A DNA stretch of 64,000 nucleotides from Vicugna vicugna (Eukaryota), in assembly GCA_013265495.1 (NCBI GenBank), contig MU059825.1:372001-436000 (forward strand), given 5' to 3'. Below the pieces are notes generated by a model. It searched no databases, was not told the DNA's origin, and saw only the letters and a list, made by a program, of their open reading frames with translations. Position numbers and translations under genes: made by a program. Shown piece after piece: positions 47,214 to 60,203 of this stretch (positions within the stretch are counted from its first letter, which is position 1; each line of letters begins with the position of its first letter).

Positions 47214-50200
47214 AGGCTGGTTAAGGAAAGAAGCGTCTGAAGGAACGAGGCCCCGGGGAGTGCTGGCCGACCGTGGTCCAGCCCCTTCGTACCGGGACCT
47301 CCCGCCCGCTCGCCTTCACAGGAGTGTTAACTGAGAGCCGGCAGGGGGAGGCCCTGCCTGCTGGCCGCTCGCGCTGTCTGTAGCGGGCAGTGGTGTTTCC
47401 ATTAGGAAGTTCATTTTCTGGGAGGCTGTGGTGCGCCCCACACGGCGGGCTGGTGACCCCCTTAGGTCAGATAGTCTGCGAGGCAGCACAGCCCACTTCC
47501 TGGCGCAGCCAGAGATAACAGAGAGTGACAGATAAGGTCGACCTCAGGAGACGTGTTCAGTAAAAACCCCCCAAAACACCCACATGCATGAATCTCGTTC
47601 TGCGGACGTTTCTCAGTCCCGTTTCCTGATGAGTGAGTGGCTGGGGTGTTTGGGGCTGAGGGGAGGGGAGGTGTCAGGACTCCCGAGGACTGATCTGGGC
47701 TCGCCTGGGGACTTCACCAAGACAGAAGTTAGGAGGCAGCTGAAGATGGAACTTTCCAGAATCAGGACGGAGAGCTCTGTTTGCAAACCTGAGAGCCTCA
47801 GAGCGCATGCTGTCCCAGAGCCTGGCAGGTGCCTAGCTCTTGGCGCTTTATGAAGGAGTCGGCTCAGCGTGTGCGGGGTTGTGCAGCACCAGCTACAGTG
47901 TGGACAGCGGCGCTCACCGAAGACTCCCTGCCGGCACCATGCGCAGGGCGCCCCTCCGGGACGTCCGGGAGATGAGGAACATGTGGTCTCGCTCGGCCTG
48001 GGTGACACCCGGGGAAGCTGAGGCGGGGTCAGACGCAGAATCTGGCCCCAAACCCTCGACCACCACACTGCAGCTTCCCTTGGCCTGGGAGTCCCGACCT
48101 CCCTGCAACGGCGGGGGCTCCGCTGTCCTGCCAGCAGAGCAGTCCCGGAGGCTGGATGGGGCACCGACTCCCGCAGCAGCTGGCCTGGGAAGCGCTGGCC
48201 GGGTGGCCTGCCCTCTCTTTGCTGGTGGTGCAGCAGGAGCAGAGACGGTGGGCACAAGTGACAGGTGTGATGGAGCGTGATGCCTTCCAAACCACCCAGG
48301 GGGGTTATCATCACTCTCATTTCACTGACCAGACAACCAGGACACAGAGAGGCCGAGCCGCTCACCACGGACACGCAGCTCCGAGAGCAGAGCTGGGCCC
48401 TGAGGGCAGAAGGTCCATGGGTAACACGTGGTGACTGAGGGATCCAGTCTCCCTGAATCTTGAGGTTGTACCGTCTAGAGCACATGGCTTCCCGGTCACG
48501 GTGGCAGAGAGAGCTCCTGTCCCTTCTCCTGTGTCTCAGCTACAGAAACAAGTGTCACCCTTGTTTATGGGCCACTGGCCAGAGCTAGTGGCACGGCCTG
48601 ACTTCGCTGCAAGGGAGGCTGGGAGGCGCGGGCCGCACAGCTGTGATACTGGGTTGCTGTATCAGCCAGGTTGAGACTCTTGACTCCAGCTTCATCTCCC
48701 CCGTGCCTCCCCTTCCCACCCTGGCTGGCGCCCCAAGGGCAGAAGCTGCAGTCAGGGAACAGCAAGGGGTTCTGACGTGCCACCAGTGAGTGGTGTCCGT
48801 CTGTGTGCAGGGTGCCTCCGTGTCAAATGCGTGTCTGCAGAGCAAGGAGACCCGCGGTAACCAGAGCCACCGGTGTTGAATTCACTGTGCTTGAGTTGGA
48901 CGGTTTGGTAAACGCATTAATCGTGTGAACCAGAGCAAACGTTTAGGACACTTGTGTTTTCACGGTGCTGAGTCTGTGCACATTACAGGAAGCAAAACGT
49001 GAATTAAGGAGCCACCTTCGCCGGGGTCTGCCCTTGGTCCTTGCTTTGTATCAAGATTGCGTTGTTCCAGAGTTCAGAGCAGTCCTTGTCAGGATCCTGC
49101 AACTCAGAGCCTGCTCGGGTGAATTCATGGGTTTTCCTGTGTCTGTTACAGTTGTGGGCGTGAGCTGGTGCGGGGTGAGTGTCAAAGGCCGGCGGAAGGC
49201 GTTTCTTGCTGGGGCTCCCTGGGGACGAGTGCTGAGCAGCCCTCAGCGCTCCCGCTGCTGGGAAGAGGCAGGGAGCCCCAGCGCACTGCCCCAGGCCCAG
49301 GCGCACTGCCAGCCTGCGGTCCTCCGCACCCCGCGGGGGGCTGGGTTGCCAGTCCACGGCCCCTTGCAGCACTGGGCCAGGCCTCTGCCCACGGAGGCCC
49401 GAGGGCCTTAGCGTCTGTTTACAGAGCCCCTCCCATGCCTCCAGAGCCTGGGCTTACAACTGGCCGTCGTTCTGGAGGGCAGGCTTCTCCCCCACTTCAC
49501 AGATGAAGAGACTGAGGCCCACTGAGCTGACGTGCCTTGCCTCCGGGTCCCCCGAGTGAGTGAGTGAGCGGTGGGCATGGGACCAGGACCCTGACCAGAA
49601 CCTGGAGTCGCAGAGGCCCGGGTCCGCCCTGCCACTTCCTGGGTGTGTGATCTTGGCGTTCAGTCCATCTGGCCTTCCCTTCCTCACGCATACAAGGGCT
49701 CGTCCCGGGTCACCCCGTGGAGTCCCTCTGAGCATCAGCAGTCGTGTGGGAAGCCCTCCGGTGGGGCCGGCGCACAGCAGGTATTCAGTGAGTGGTAGCT
49801 GGCATCACGGAGCTCGCTTGCACAGAGACACCGCGCAGAACGGCTTGCTCCCACGTGGCTCCGCAGGGCGACCCAGTCTGCCCCTGGTTTGCCGTTCCAG
49901 CCTGAGTGTTGACAGCACCCCCTTACTCTCCAAACGGTCCCGGTTTGGACATGGAAGACGGGGACAGCGCCCTCATTCATCTCTTTATGACGCCCGGAAG
50001 TCAGATGAGAAAATACGGAGCGAAGGAACCTGAGAGAGTGCTGGCAGGCGCGTCTGGCTGTGCTCGCCTTCGTCTTCATAAATACTCGCATCCAAATTTG
50101 CAAGTCTCCGCTGTTTATTCCAATTATAGTTTACTTGCCTGATGACTGTGCCATCTGTTCCCACTGCGGCCAGGATGCAGCAGCCCTCCGCTCCTGAGGC

Positions 50201-53200
50201 TGCAGGTGGCAGATCTCTGGGTTGGGAGGAGCGGGGCTGGGGACACAGCAATGGGGACAGGCCAGTGGCCAGGTGAACCCCAGCGGGCGCGGTGCTCTGA
50301 GTGCTAAAGTAAACGCTGCCGTGCAGGTGCGCGCCCGGGGCCTCAGGTAAACGCTGACGTCCAGGTGAGCCCCCAGGGCAGGCGGCCGGGCGCTGTTTTC
50401 CTTCCCAGCATTTGCAGGAGTGCTTTCTGCTGGTGGCTCAGGGGCCGTGGGGGCACCAAGCCCCAACGAGCCGCGCCCGCTGCAGCCAGGCCAGGGGAGC
50501 CTGTCCACGGAGGCTCTGGAGGGAGGACCTGCCTCTTTCCCAGGAGAGGGAAGCAGCAGGGGAGCCTGGCGAAGCTTCCAGAGGGAGCCCTGACCTGTGG
50601 GGAGCTTTTTGGGTTTAATGGGCTGCTGGCATCGCATCTGCTGGCTTCTCGGACCTTTTCCCCTGGAACGAGTGAGAGCAGGCGTCTGGGAGCTGCCGGG
50701 CTTTGGGGAGCTGGCGTCCTGCTGCCTTGAAGCCATGTCCTGGGAGACCCAGAGGAGAAACAAAACAGGAATCGAGGAGAGAGACGTGAGCAGCGAGGCG
50801 TGAGCCTGCAGGACTCTCAGAGTTTCTGGGGTAGACACGCGAGATGGGAGGGGCTTAGCCCTGCAGCTTCGCCCCCAGGTCCTAGTGACAGCGAGTCTCA
50901 GACCACACTGTCACACGTGTTCAGACGCACGGAGGGGTGCACGTGCGCGTGTTCTGCTGCTCAGTGATGTCCCTCCCCTCTGCCTTCTCAGAAGCTTCCA
51001 CCACCAGCTCCCATGAAGCTGACACGAGGCCCTGTTCTGGTGGCCTCAGGCAATCAGACATCCTTTGAATCAGCGTCTGGTCACGGGACCGTTTTGAGCC
51101 CAGCCTTGGGTGCCATCCCCAGATACGCTAGTTAACGCACTCTTCATTCTGGGGGGGGACCGTGCTGGGATCTCCCATATTTTGAATTCCTTTAATTTCA
51201 CCAGTGGATGCCTGTTTCTTCCATCTGTTACACCTTGGAAAAAGCTCATCATTTACCAGTTTTTTCCCTGATATCGACCATACTCAACAGGCGTGCATGG
51301 AGCGTGGATGGAGAGACAGGTAGTGGATGTCTTTGGAGCAGCTGCCTCTGGAGCCCAGCCTTCCTGGTATCTGCGTGGCCCGCCCCTGGGGTGGAATTCT
51401 CAGTTCCAGCGCTGACTGCTCTAGAGCGGAAGTTCTCGCCCCTGGGACGCATGCTCTCCATGCCTTTCTGTCTCCATGCAGAAGGGCTGCAAATTAGAGA
51501 CCCCAGAGCCACCCTGTGTGTCTGGGCCTTGGGTGGGGACAGCCAGAGGCCACCCTCAGGGCCACGCAGTGCTGGGACTGCTAGCACATTCCATGTGAAG
51601 TGGGATCACAAAGTGGTGACCCCCAGGCCAGGGCCATCTCTGCCTGAGCCTTGTCTGGCCAGGCTGTTCGTAAGCCTTCAGAATACCCTCCAGTGTCTGA
51701 CAGTTGAGAGATTTTCCATCGAAATGAAGATTCGCTGCTTCTCAGGGAAAACTGGCGGTTTTGCCCACAGTGGGCCAATACTGAGACGCAGATGCCCTCG
51801 TGGACAGAACACACAGCCTGGGTCACCTGGTCCCCCAGGACGGGCATCCCCCACCGACTCCACGGACGTGTGGTGGACACGATGGTTGGGCGTCGGCTCT
51901 GCTGCTCCTGCCCCCAGGACCCTCCCCTCGTCTCTCACGTCAGAGCCGGCTGCTGGGGAAGCGGCGGTGAAGGAAATGCTCCCTGGAAGGCGGCCCTCAG
52001 GGAGCTCGGGCCCTGGGCCCCACCGGCAGCGGTACCCAGGAGACGGAGTTAACGCAGCAGCTGAAGCACGCAGTGGTCCGCCGCCTCCACGTGAGCCCTG
52101 GCCTCTCCCTGGTTTCGTCTGGGTCCCGCAGGGCCTGCTGGGAGCGCACGGTCTGCCCTCTGCCCGCCCTGTGCTCCACCCGCCTCCACCCCCGAACCCC
52201 CAGCAGCAGATCAGGTCCACAGCTGCAGCCGGGAGCCCCTGTTCAGACGGGCCTCAGACGCCCCGTCTCCGTGTGGGCTCCTGACACCTCAGCTGCTGTC
52301 CGCACTTCCAAGCCCTCCTTGCCCAAGGCTGGGTGGCTGGCGGCTGTTCCCCACCTGAGGGCGCTGCCTGCCCTCCAAGGCCAGTCACTCACACCTGGAG
52401 CAAGGGTCTGGTCTTCAGGGCTGAGCACGGGGTAGCCAGAGCCCTTGGCCGTGCGGCATCTGAGGTCACCATCCTGCTCCTGGGCGGGCGCTGCATCTCC
52501 ACGGGGGGCCCAGGCGGGAGGCGGGTCTGACCTCCTCTCTGTGTCCCCACCTGCATGCAGGGGCGCCCGGTGTCACTGCTGTGCCTTCCTCGGAGGGAGC
52601 AGCGATCCCAGCCAGGCTCGGTCAGCCTTTCAGAAGAATCCTGCTGATTTTTTGTTTTTAATGAATCCAAGAAATTAATTACAAGTTTGGGATTGGTTAG
52701 GTCTATTTTTAGGATTCTGTGATCTCAGACATGAATAGTACTTCATTCTGGACTAAGGAGCTGAAAGTCTTCATGCCCGTGGAGGACGTGGAGAAAAGGA
52801 GTGGCTGGTGCAGGGGTGGGGGTGTGTCGCGAGCCCCCCAGCCAAGCCAAGGGTCCGGCTAGCACCGGCCTCCATGCCTGTGTGCACACCACTTGAAACC
52901 AGACGTCACTCAGCCCGACTGGGTACCCACCTCCGGTCCAGGTGCTGGAGCGCAGCAGACCAGACTTGTGCCCTCGTGGAGCTGGCACGGTAGCAGGGAT
53001 GTCCCACCTGCCATCCAGCAAGGAACGGAGGCCGGCCAGGCCCGACGCAGATGGAGCAGCCCCTGCTGTGAGGAGCGTGACACCTGCAGACCCGGGCTCT
53101 CCTCGCCACGGCTTCAGCAAGCACCCGTCGAGCACCCGTGGTGGGCGGGTTCTGTGCAGAGCCCTGAGGGCGTCCCGGGGAGCCAGAGGCACAGGCTTGA

Positions 53201-54153
53201 AGCTGACGGTCTAGTCGTGGAGACAGACGAGGAAGGATCAGGGAGCTCTAGAGTGTAGGGTGGTGAGTGCCCAGAACAGAACACAGCAGGGGAGGCAGAG
53301 GGGGCTCTCCACGTGCCCCTCCTTGGGTGGGCGCACACCTGTGGGCCAGTGCGGGGAGCTCGTGTTTCTGCACCAGGAGTGGAAGCGCAGGAGTGTAGAC
53401 TCTGGTTCCCCGGGAAGGAAGAGGGGCTGGATGACACCTGCCCAGCTGAGAACCAGCCGGGGCAGGACCAGGCAGAGCGGGGGTGGGGGAGCTGCCCGGG
53501 GCTGCCCTTCCAGGACGTGTGCCCAGGGACACTCCAGCCTCCCTAGTGCTCCCGAGACGCCTCCGGCATCTGCAGATGGCAGCGATGTTGCTAACCCAGT
53601 CCAGCAGGTAGACCTTCCCTTTACTGCTGAAGCCATGCGCTTCGGGGTTCTGCAGGACTAGAGGCAGGGGCCTCCACAAGATGGCTGCATCCGTGGGCTA
53701 GCCACGGAGCCATCCCCCACGGCCGGGCTGTGTCACCGCCCCATACTCCAGATCTCCAGCAGCTGCGGTGAGGCGTGCCCATCACACAGAGCCTGGGCTG
53801 CACACGGAGCCCAGAGCAAGCTGCAGTTGGCTGGGCCGAGTGTCTGCAGGGTGTCCTGGCACCTGCGCTCGCCCACGTTTGCCCTGGGAGCCAGGCTGCA
53901 CAGAAAGCTTGGTTTTACGCGTCGTCGTTCATTCTTGCATGGAGGCACGAGGCAGCCCTTGGCCACATACACGCACACACATATGCAGACACACTCAGAC
54001 AACACACTTTCAGGTGTGCATGTGCACACACACTGTCGTCCACAGTGCACGTGCGGCACCTTGTGCACACACACGCACGCGCGCTCACTCAGACACGTGT
54101 CCCTGCGAGCCAGGGCTGCCTGCTGACCGTGTGTCCCCGCCTGTGCCCTGCAG

Positions 54154-54355
54154 TGCAAGGTGCGGGAGCTGGAGGAGAAATGCCGGGCGCAGAGTGAGCA
54201 GTTCAGCCTGCTGTCCCGGGACCTGGAGGAGTTCCGCCAGCACGCCGGCAAGATTGACCTGGGCGGCAGCTCTGCGGCCTCCTCGGACGGCCCCTCGTCC
54301 CCCAGCAAGGCCTTCCCAAGGCTCATGAATGGACTGGCCCCCTCCATCAGCAAAG
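54154..54355 (+). CDS. RIMBP2: RIMBP2 exon (CKVRELEEKCRAQSEQFSLLSRDLEEFRQHAGKIDL...LMNGLAPSISK-G), 202 nt, phase 0-1
   Basis: The peptide matches RIMBP2. Acceptor ctgtgccctgcag| and donor AAAG|gtgggt. Confidence 0.96.
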
Positions 54356-57327
54356 GTGGGTGCCCCGACCTCCCTCCCGTGGTGGAGAAGGGCCGTCTGG
54401 CCTGTGAGGCACCGCTGGGCACAGCTGGGGCGTGGGTGACAGGCGCCCCTGGGGAGCGGCCAGTGTTGAGGGCCTTGCGGTGATTCAAGGCGGGCCAGCG
54501 GGCCTTGAGCACGCCTGCTGTGCCGGGCCCTGGCTGGGCACCTGGCGGGTGTCAGCCGGCATGACCTCACACGCCCTCAAAGCGGTGGTACGCAGGCAGC
54601 CAGGGCCTGGCCCCGAGGGTCTGGCGCTGGGTCTGCGCTGGGCGCTGCCTGGTGTGCTTCCGAGCGTCTCCCCTCCTCCTCCAGCGACCTCCCTGTGACA
54701 TCGCCTGCGCACTTGAGAGCTTCCGTTCCGACAAAGGCCGCGGTAATGACAGCGGTGAACTTGCACGCTTTTCCATCACGTTTGTGTTTAGGGAGCCGAG
54801 TGGGGCGCAGGGGGTTAACTCCGCGTGGTTGGGGGGCATTTAGTCTCTGTCGTGGGTGAAGTGATCACAGAGGTGTTAGACTTAACCTTATCGGAGGTCC
54901 TCGGTGTAGGCAGCGAAGTCCCCTGCTCAGTCGGGGAGCACTTTCTCCCTGCTGAAGGTTAAACGGGTCACAGGCCGATTTTATCCACCTGAAGACAGTC
55001 AGTTTTTCTTTCAAACTTAGGGGAGATGAGGGCTGGAGCCCCACCTTGCAATTCCACAAAAGAATCTGCAGCTTTTGCTCCCAGTTTTCATCAGAAGATT
55101 GGGGTGCTTTTCACTATTAAAGCAAGGTGATGATCGTGTATCTTGATAAATGATGTTTCCCCCCACCCCCTCCCCATCCTGCTCGTGCGTTAGAGAGAAC
55201 GCTTAGCTCTATGAAAAACCAGACAGAAGGAGGAGGTCTGAGCGCCTGGTACCCCAGGCCCTTCTCCAGGCAGCAGCCCCGGGCCTCCTGTGTGAACAGC
55301 ACGCGAACACGTTAGTCTAGTGGAAGCTCACGCGTCAGTGGAGAGGGGAGCAGTGACTAACCTGAGTGAATCGGTGTCGAGATTGATCTGGAAAAAAAGG
55401 ATGTGATTCCCAATGGCGGAAAATGGACACTGACCAACAGCAGACCAAACAGAACCCCAAACAGCTCTGCCAAGCAAATCACTCAGCTCCCGGTGGACCA
55501 GCTGGTTTGCACAGGCTTCTGTTTAGCCGCTTGGAAGAGCCATGGTGCTAACTGACGGGCTCGTTTAAAAAACTGCTCCCTCGCCCACAAGGTGCTTCTG
55601 GGGGCAAGACCGGGCACGCTTGGCATCAGCCTCGCGGTGTCCTTGCTGTGCCGGCGCCACTGGGCCGCTAGGGGCTGCCAGCAAGAGGGCTTCCTCTGCA
55701 ACCCCAGCGTCCTTCTCAGGGTCACCCTCTGACGGCAGACAGGAGGGGCCCCTTACGGACGAGGCAGGAACTTGCTGCTGGGCCGGCCTCCTCTCTGTGT
55801 GCGTCTTCGGGAAGGTGTGGGCAGGGCCAGCGCACAAGGTCGGAGAAGGCCCTGCAGATGTGCTCCTGCCTGAGGCCGGGTTGGCCCGAGGCTGAGGAGG
55901 ACGAGGCTGATGGTGTGGAGTCACGTCTGCAACAGGAAAGGCGGACATCGCACAGGGACAGGATTATCCCTAAAAATCTCCAGGAAGGGGCTGCTGGAAA
56001 GAGGCATGGGGGTGTGTCCTTCCCCGGGCCACCCCTACACACTGTCTCCTTCGGTATTGGAGCTGGGATTTGCTGAAGCACCAGGTAGAATCGTGGATTT
56101 GGGCTTGGTGGCCATAGTCTCCAGAAAATACATCTGTTGAAGCGCCGGCGTCAGGAAAGGGTGGGATGTTCCTGCCGTGAGGGCACGGGGGCCAGAGCTG
56201 CCCCCTCACTCACAGAGCACAGGGCAGGTGACATCGGCTATGCTCGTCAGATTGTTTTTCTCAAGGGAGCTGGATTTGCTGAAGGTGAATACAAGGAGTC
56301 TGCTACATTCTTTCCCCTTTACTGGCGATGTCACCCCTGCTGGTCACTGGCAGTGTGTTAGTCAGCACGGGCGAGGCTCAGCTGCAGAAGCCCTGGGGGC
56401 TTAACACAGCTCAAGCCTCTACCTTGATGATGCTCCACGTCCGCCTCAGGCCGGCTCAGGGCATCGGTTCCACGTGTCTTCACTGGGGAATGCTGGCAAA
56501 CAGAGCCGCCTCCATCTGGAATGTTCCATCGCAGGGGAAGGGAAACGTAAGAGATTAGACACCAACTCAAAAAGGCTTCCACCCCAAGCAGGGCACGTCA
56601 CTTCCACTCTCAGGCCATTGGCCCGGATGAGCCATGTGCTCGGGTCGCACTCCTGCGTCGCTCAGAGGAAGGAGATGCGGTACTGGTTCTGCAGCCAGGC
56701 CCTGTCCTCAGCCTGTGAGGCTTTGGGAGTCAGTTCTGCAGTGAATGTTTCCTTTGCACCTGCTGTCTGTCCGCCAAGCACTGTTGGGGGCATTGGGCCT
56801 GCTCGGCAGTGACCAGAGCCCAGCCACTGCTCCCTGGGACCTGGCATTGCCGCAGGGACCCCCTGTCTGTTTCAGCATCGATTCTGTTATGGCGATGCTT
56901 GCCTACGATTCTCTTAACCGGGCGGGGGCAGTGGGGGTGACTTCCAAGCAGCCTTTGCGGGAACGCTTCTCACAGTATTTGGATTTCCTGATTTGGACTC
57001 AGTAAGTCATCTTCTTCAGTGAACAGTCTGCCTGGTGTGAGAGCCACGGCGAGAGACTAGACGAAGCCAGCGAGGAGGCCCTGCAGGCCACGGGCAGCAG
57101 GAGCTTGGGGTGGAAAACCAGTTGCTTCTCTGTCTCACACCCGGTCCTAGGAAACATGCCTGAGGCTGCTCAGTCCAGGCCAGCACTGATCAGGGTGCTC
57201 AGTCCCCTCCCCACGTGGCTGGGACGGGGCTCTCGAGCCCCCTGAGGACAGGACCAGCAGAGAGCCACTTTGGTCCTAGTTAGTCTCTTGTCAAAGTGTT
57301 TTTTAGCCGTAAGTCCTTTGGTCACTT

Positions 57328-57700
57328 TGTGTATTAAGTTAGGACGATTTGGGTCATAAGTGACAGCACAGCCAAACTACACTGGTGTGAGCAAAAAGGG
57401 CTTGCTTTATCACGTCGAGTAGATGAAGGGCCAGTAGGTTTAGCTTCAGGTACGGCTGGATTCAGGGGCTTTAGCCCTGCCACTCCATCTTACAGATCCT
57501 CTTACGAGCAGGCTCCATTCTCAGGCGAAATTTCTTCCTCCTGGTGGCAATATGGCTGCAGTATCACTGAGTCTCATCTCCCCTCAGGTTGAAGCTGGGG
57601 AAAAGGAGTCTCTCTGCCCATGACTCCCACTAAGTTCTCTCTGACTGGACCCTCCTGTCTCATGGGCAACACCACTGTTACCACCAGACGATCGTGGAGC
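57328..57700. mobile_element. MaLR LTR (MLT1J/K-like)
   Basis: tagcttcaggtacggctggattcagg...ctccattctcaggc...ggtggcaatatggctgcag. Confidence 0.65.
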
Positions 57701-57913
57701 CAGGAGTAGACTCGGCCAGATGGACGGTCCAAGGACAGGGGTGGGGTCAGACCAGCCTACAGGAAATAAGAGTGGAAAATGGGTGGGTCCCAAAACGAAA
57801 CTCAAAGGCTGATGTCAAAGAGGAGGAAAGACACACTGGGAAGGCAGAGAACCAGCGTGCTTTTTTTATTTCCCTTGTGTCTTTCTTCAAATTGTTCCAA
57901 TGTTCCCGGCCAG

Positions 57914-58059
57914 GTCAGGAGAGTTCCATCAGAAGCCACGCTGTGATTGGTGACTACATCCGGCCCCTCCCGCTCCCGGGTGACAAGCCGGAGCCTCTGT
58001 CCGTCAAGCCCACCTTTCTGTCCAGATCTGGTGGCCCAAGATGCAGATTTGAATCAGAC
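57914..58059 (+). CDS. RIMBP2: RIMBP2 exon (GQESSIRSHAVIGDYIRPLPLPGDKPEPLSVKPTFLSRSGGPRCRFESD), 146 nt, phase 1-0
   Basis: The peptide matches RIMBP2. Acceptor gttcccggccag| and donor GAC|gtgagt. Confidence 0.95.
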
Positions 58060-58508
58060 GTGAGTCCTAGTCCTGGTCCTGGCCTGCCCGCGTCGGGTGT
58101 CAGGCGTGGAAGTCAGCACACCTGCCACTCTCTTTGCAGCCCCTCCTTGTCTTCCTCCCTCTCCTGCCTCCTTCCCTTCTCTGCCATTCACCTGTCTTCC
58201 CTGACCCTGCTCTGGGCCAGGACGTGGGCCCCGTGTGCACGGGCGGGGGGTGTTCTCTTAGTGCAGAAGGACTGTGAGCCGGTCAGCACCTAAGAAGTCA
58301 GGTCACAGCGAGTGTCGTGAACGTGGCAGGACAAGCCCGTGACCCGGAGGGATGAGGCAGGAGATAGGGCGGCCCTCTGAGAAGGGCCCTTCTGCTCTGC
58401 CGCACTTTCAGGCGGGTTATTCGTTAGATTCCGCAGACTAGTGACATCACAGGCCCTGCGGAGACAGGTGCTTCATAAGCATCCCTGTGTGACCGAGGAG
58501 CCTGCAGA

Positions 58509-58615
58509 GAGGGACCCGCAGGGTGGGGGAGGGACCCGCGGGGATGGGGAGGGACCCGCGGGGGGGNNNNNNNNNNNNNNNNNNNNNNNNNNNNNNGAGG
58601 GACCCGCGGGGGGGG
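58509..58615. repeat. G-rich 20-nt minisatellite (gagggacccgcggggatggg) containing a 30-N gap at 58567-58596
   Basis: Units start at 58509, 58529, 58549 and 58597. Confidence 0.9.
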
Positions 58616-58808
58616 CCTCCAGGGGGCAGGGAGGGACCTGCCCATCTGTGGGTCACGCCCAAGACAACATGCATGTTCTCGTCTCACGGGAGTTCCACCA
58701 TCTGAGGCTGAGGAGCCCTGGGGACCATGACGGGGTCCCTGGTGTTTCCAGCATGGTGTGTGGAGCCTGCGGCTTCAGCGACATGAGCATCCGCTGTGTC
58801 TCTGACAG

Positions 58809-58885
58809 ATGGATAATGAACGGGCTTCCAGCACCTCCAAGCAGAGATACTCGGGGAAGGTCCACCTGTGTGTCGCCCGCTACAG
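58809..58885 (+). CDS. RIMBP2: RIMBP2 exon (MDNERASSTSKQRYSGKVHLCVARY-S), start of SH3-1, 77 nt, phase 0-2
   Basis: Acceptor tgtctctgacag| and donor CAG|gtaaga. The peptide matches RIMBP2 but is not shown in this frame in the ORF track. Confidence 0.96.
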
Positions 58886-59069
58886 GTAAGAGGGACGCTC
58901 TCCTTTGCACCCTCTGGGCATCTGTGAGCGTGGGAGGCCTCAGGCAGGCGAGGTGGTGGGTGCGGGGACCCTCCACGAGCTGCGGGACCCCTCCCGCAGT
59001 GCCGAGAGGACGCGGCGGCCAGGCTTCGCAGGGTGGCGTGTCTGCTCTGACGGGAGGGGCCCAGGCACT

Positions 59070-59495
59070 GCGTTCCTTTCCCAGGGCTGCCTTTAAGCAC
59101 AGCCACAAGCAGGGCGGCTCAGAGCAGCAGAGGTCCACTCTCTCCTGGTTCCGGAGGCCGGGAGCCAGAGATCAAAGTGTCAGGGGGCTGCCCTCTCTGA
59201 AGGCTCGGGGAGGGTCCTTCCTGCCTCTGCCATCCTCTGCTGGCTGGCAGCCTCCTTGACGCCCCTCAGCTGTAGCACCCCACTGCAGTCTTGGCCTCCG
59301 TCCTCAAGTGCCCGTCCTCCCTCTGTGTCCCCCCATTTTGTATAAGGACCCTGTCGTTGGATCAGGGCCGCCTGACTCCAGTATGACCCCATCTTAACTT
59401 GATCACATCTGCAAAGACCTTTCCAAGTAAGCTCACCTCCGCAGTGCCAGGAGTTAGGGGCTGAACGTCTCTCTGGGGACGCCGTCCAGCCCACA
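59070..59495 (-). mobile_element. MaLR LTR (MLT1B/C-like)
   Basis: ttcccagggctgcc...tataaggaccctgtcgttggatcaggg...atgaccccatcttaacttgatcacatctgcaaagacc. Confidence 0.8.
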
Positions 59496-60177
59496 GCGGT
59501 GGCAAACTGATTCTCAGAGAGGGGTGCCCGTGTCCATAGCCCCTGTTTGGCACTGTCCCGGCGCCCGCCCGGACCACGTCCCGCGGCCGTCACAGCTGCC
59601 AAGCCCATCGCTCGTCGGAGGGCCCGTGCCCACTGAGAGCTAGCGTGGGCCCGTCTGGTCACACACGGCTCTCAGGTCCCTTGTGGTTGCCGCCAGGAAC
59701 CAGGTCTCAGGAGCCAGAAGCTGGGCTGCAGGTGCTGCCCTCGCCACAGCCGTGGGCTTTGTTCCCGCGGGGCTGTTGGGGGCAGACGGAAGAATCTGGG
59801 GTCGCTGAGATTCTTGCCTAGACGTGGACCTGAACTCTCCCAGGGCCTTGTTCCCAAGCGCAGGGGCCTCCTCCTGGCTCCCCAGTCCTGAACCGCCCAC
59901 TCTTGGTGGGTGACTGTGGGGGCTGCGACCTCACCCCCGCGTGCCTGGAGGATGAGTGACACCCTTTTTAATTTACACGATCATCACTCATGATCGGTGA
60001 TGTTACTTTTACTTTCTTGATGAGGCCTTTTCTGCTATTTTAAATGAATTCACCTTTGAATTAGAAAATCAAAACTTTCTGTAGCATGTTTCATTTGCAC
60101 GTTGGATATGGTTTCAAAAAAATGTGAATTCCAACATTTTGAGGATTGGAGAGGATGGTCACTTTGACACTCCTGGC

Positions 60178-60203
60178 AGAGAGAGAGAGAGAGAGAGAGA
60201 GAG
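60178..60203. repeat. (AG)13 microsatellite, within a probable old L1ME fragment (~60130-60470)
   Basis: The repeat was counted directly. The L1ME context is from pattern recognition. Confidence 0.9.

Noticed and set aside
48989-49118. Putative exon encoding EAKRELRSHL..., superficially like EAKKE of the 51-nt cassette
   Set aside because: 130 nt (frameshifting), weak donor CGG|GTGAAT, and the similarity is limited to five residues.
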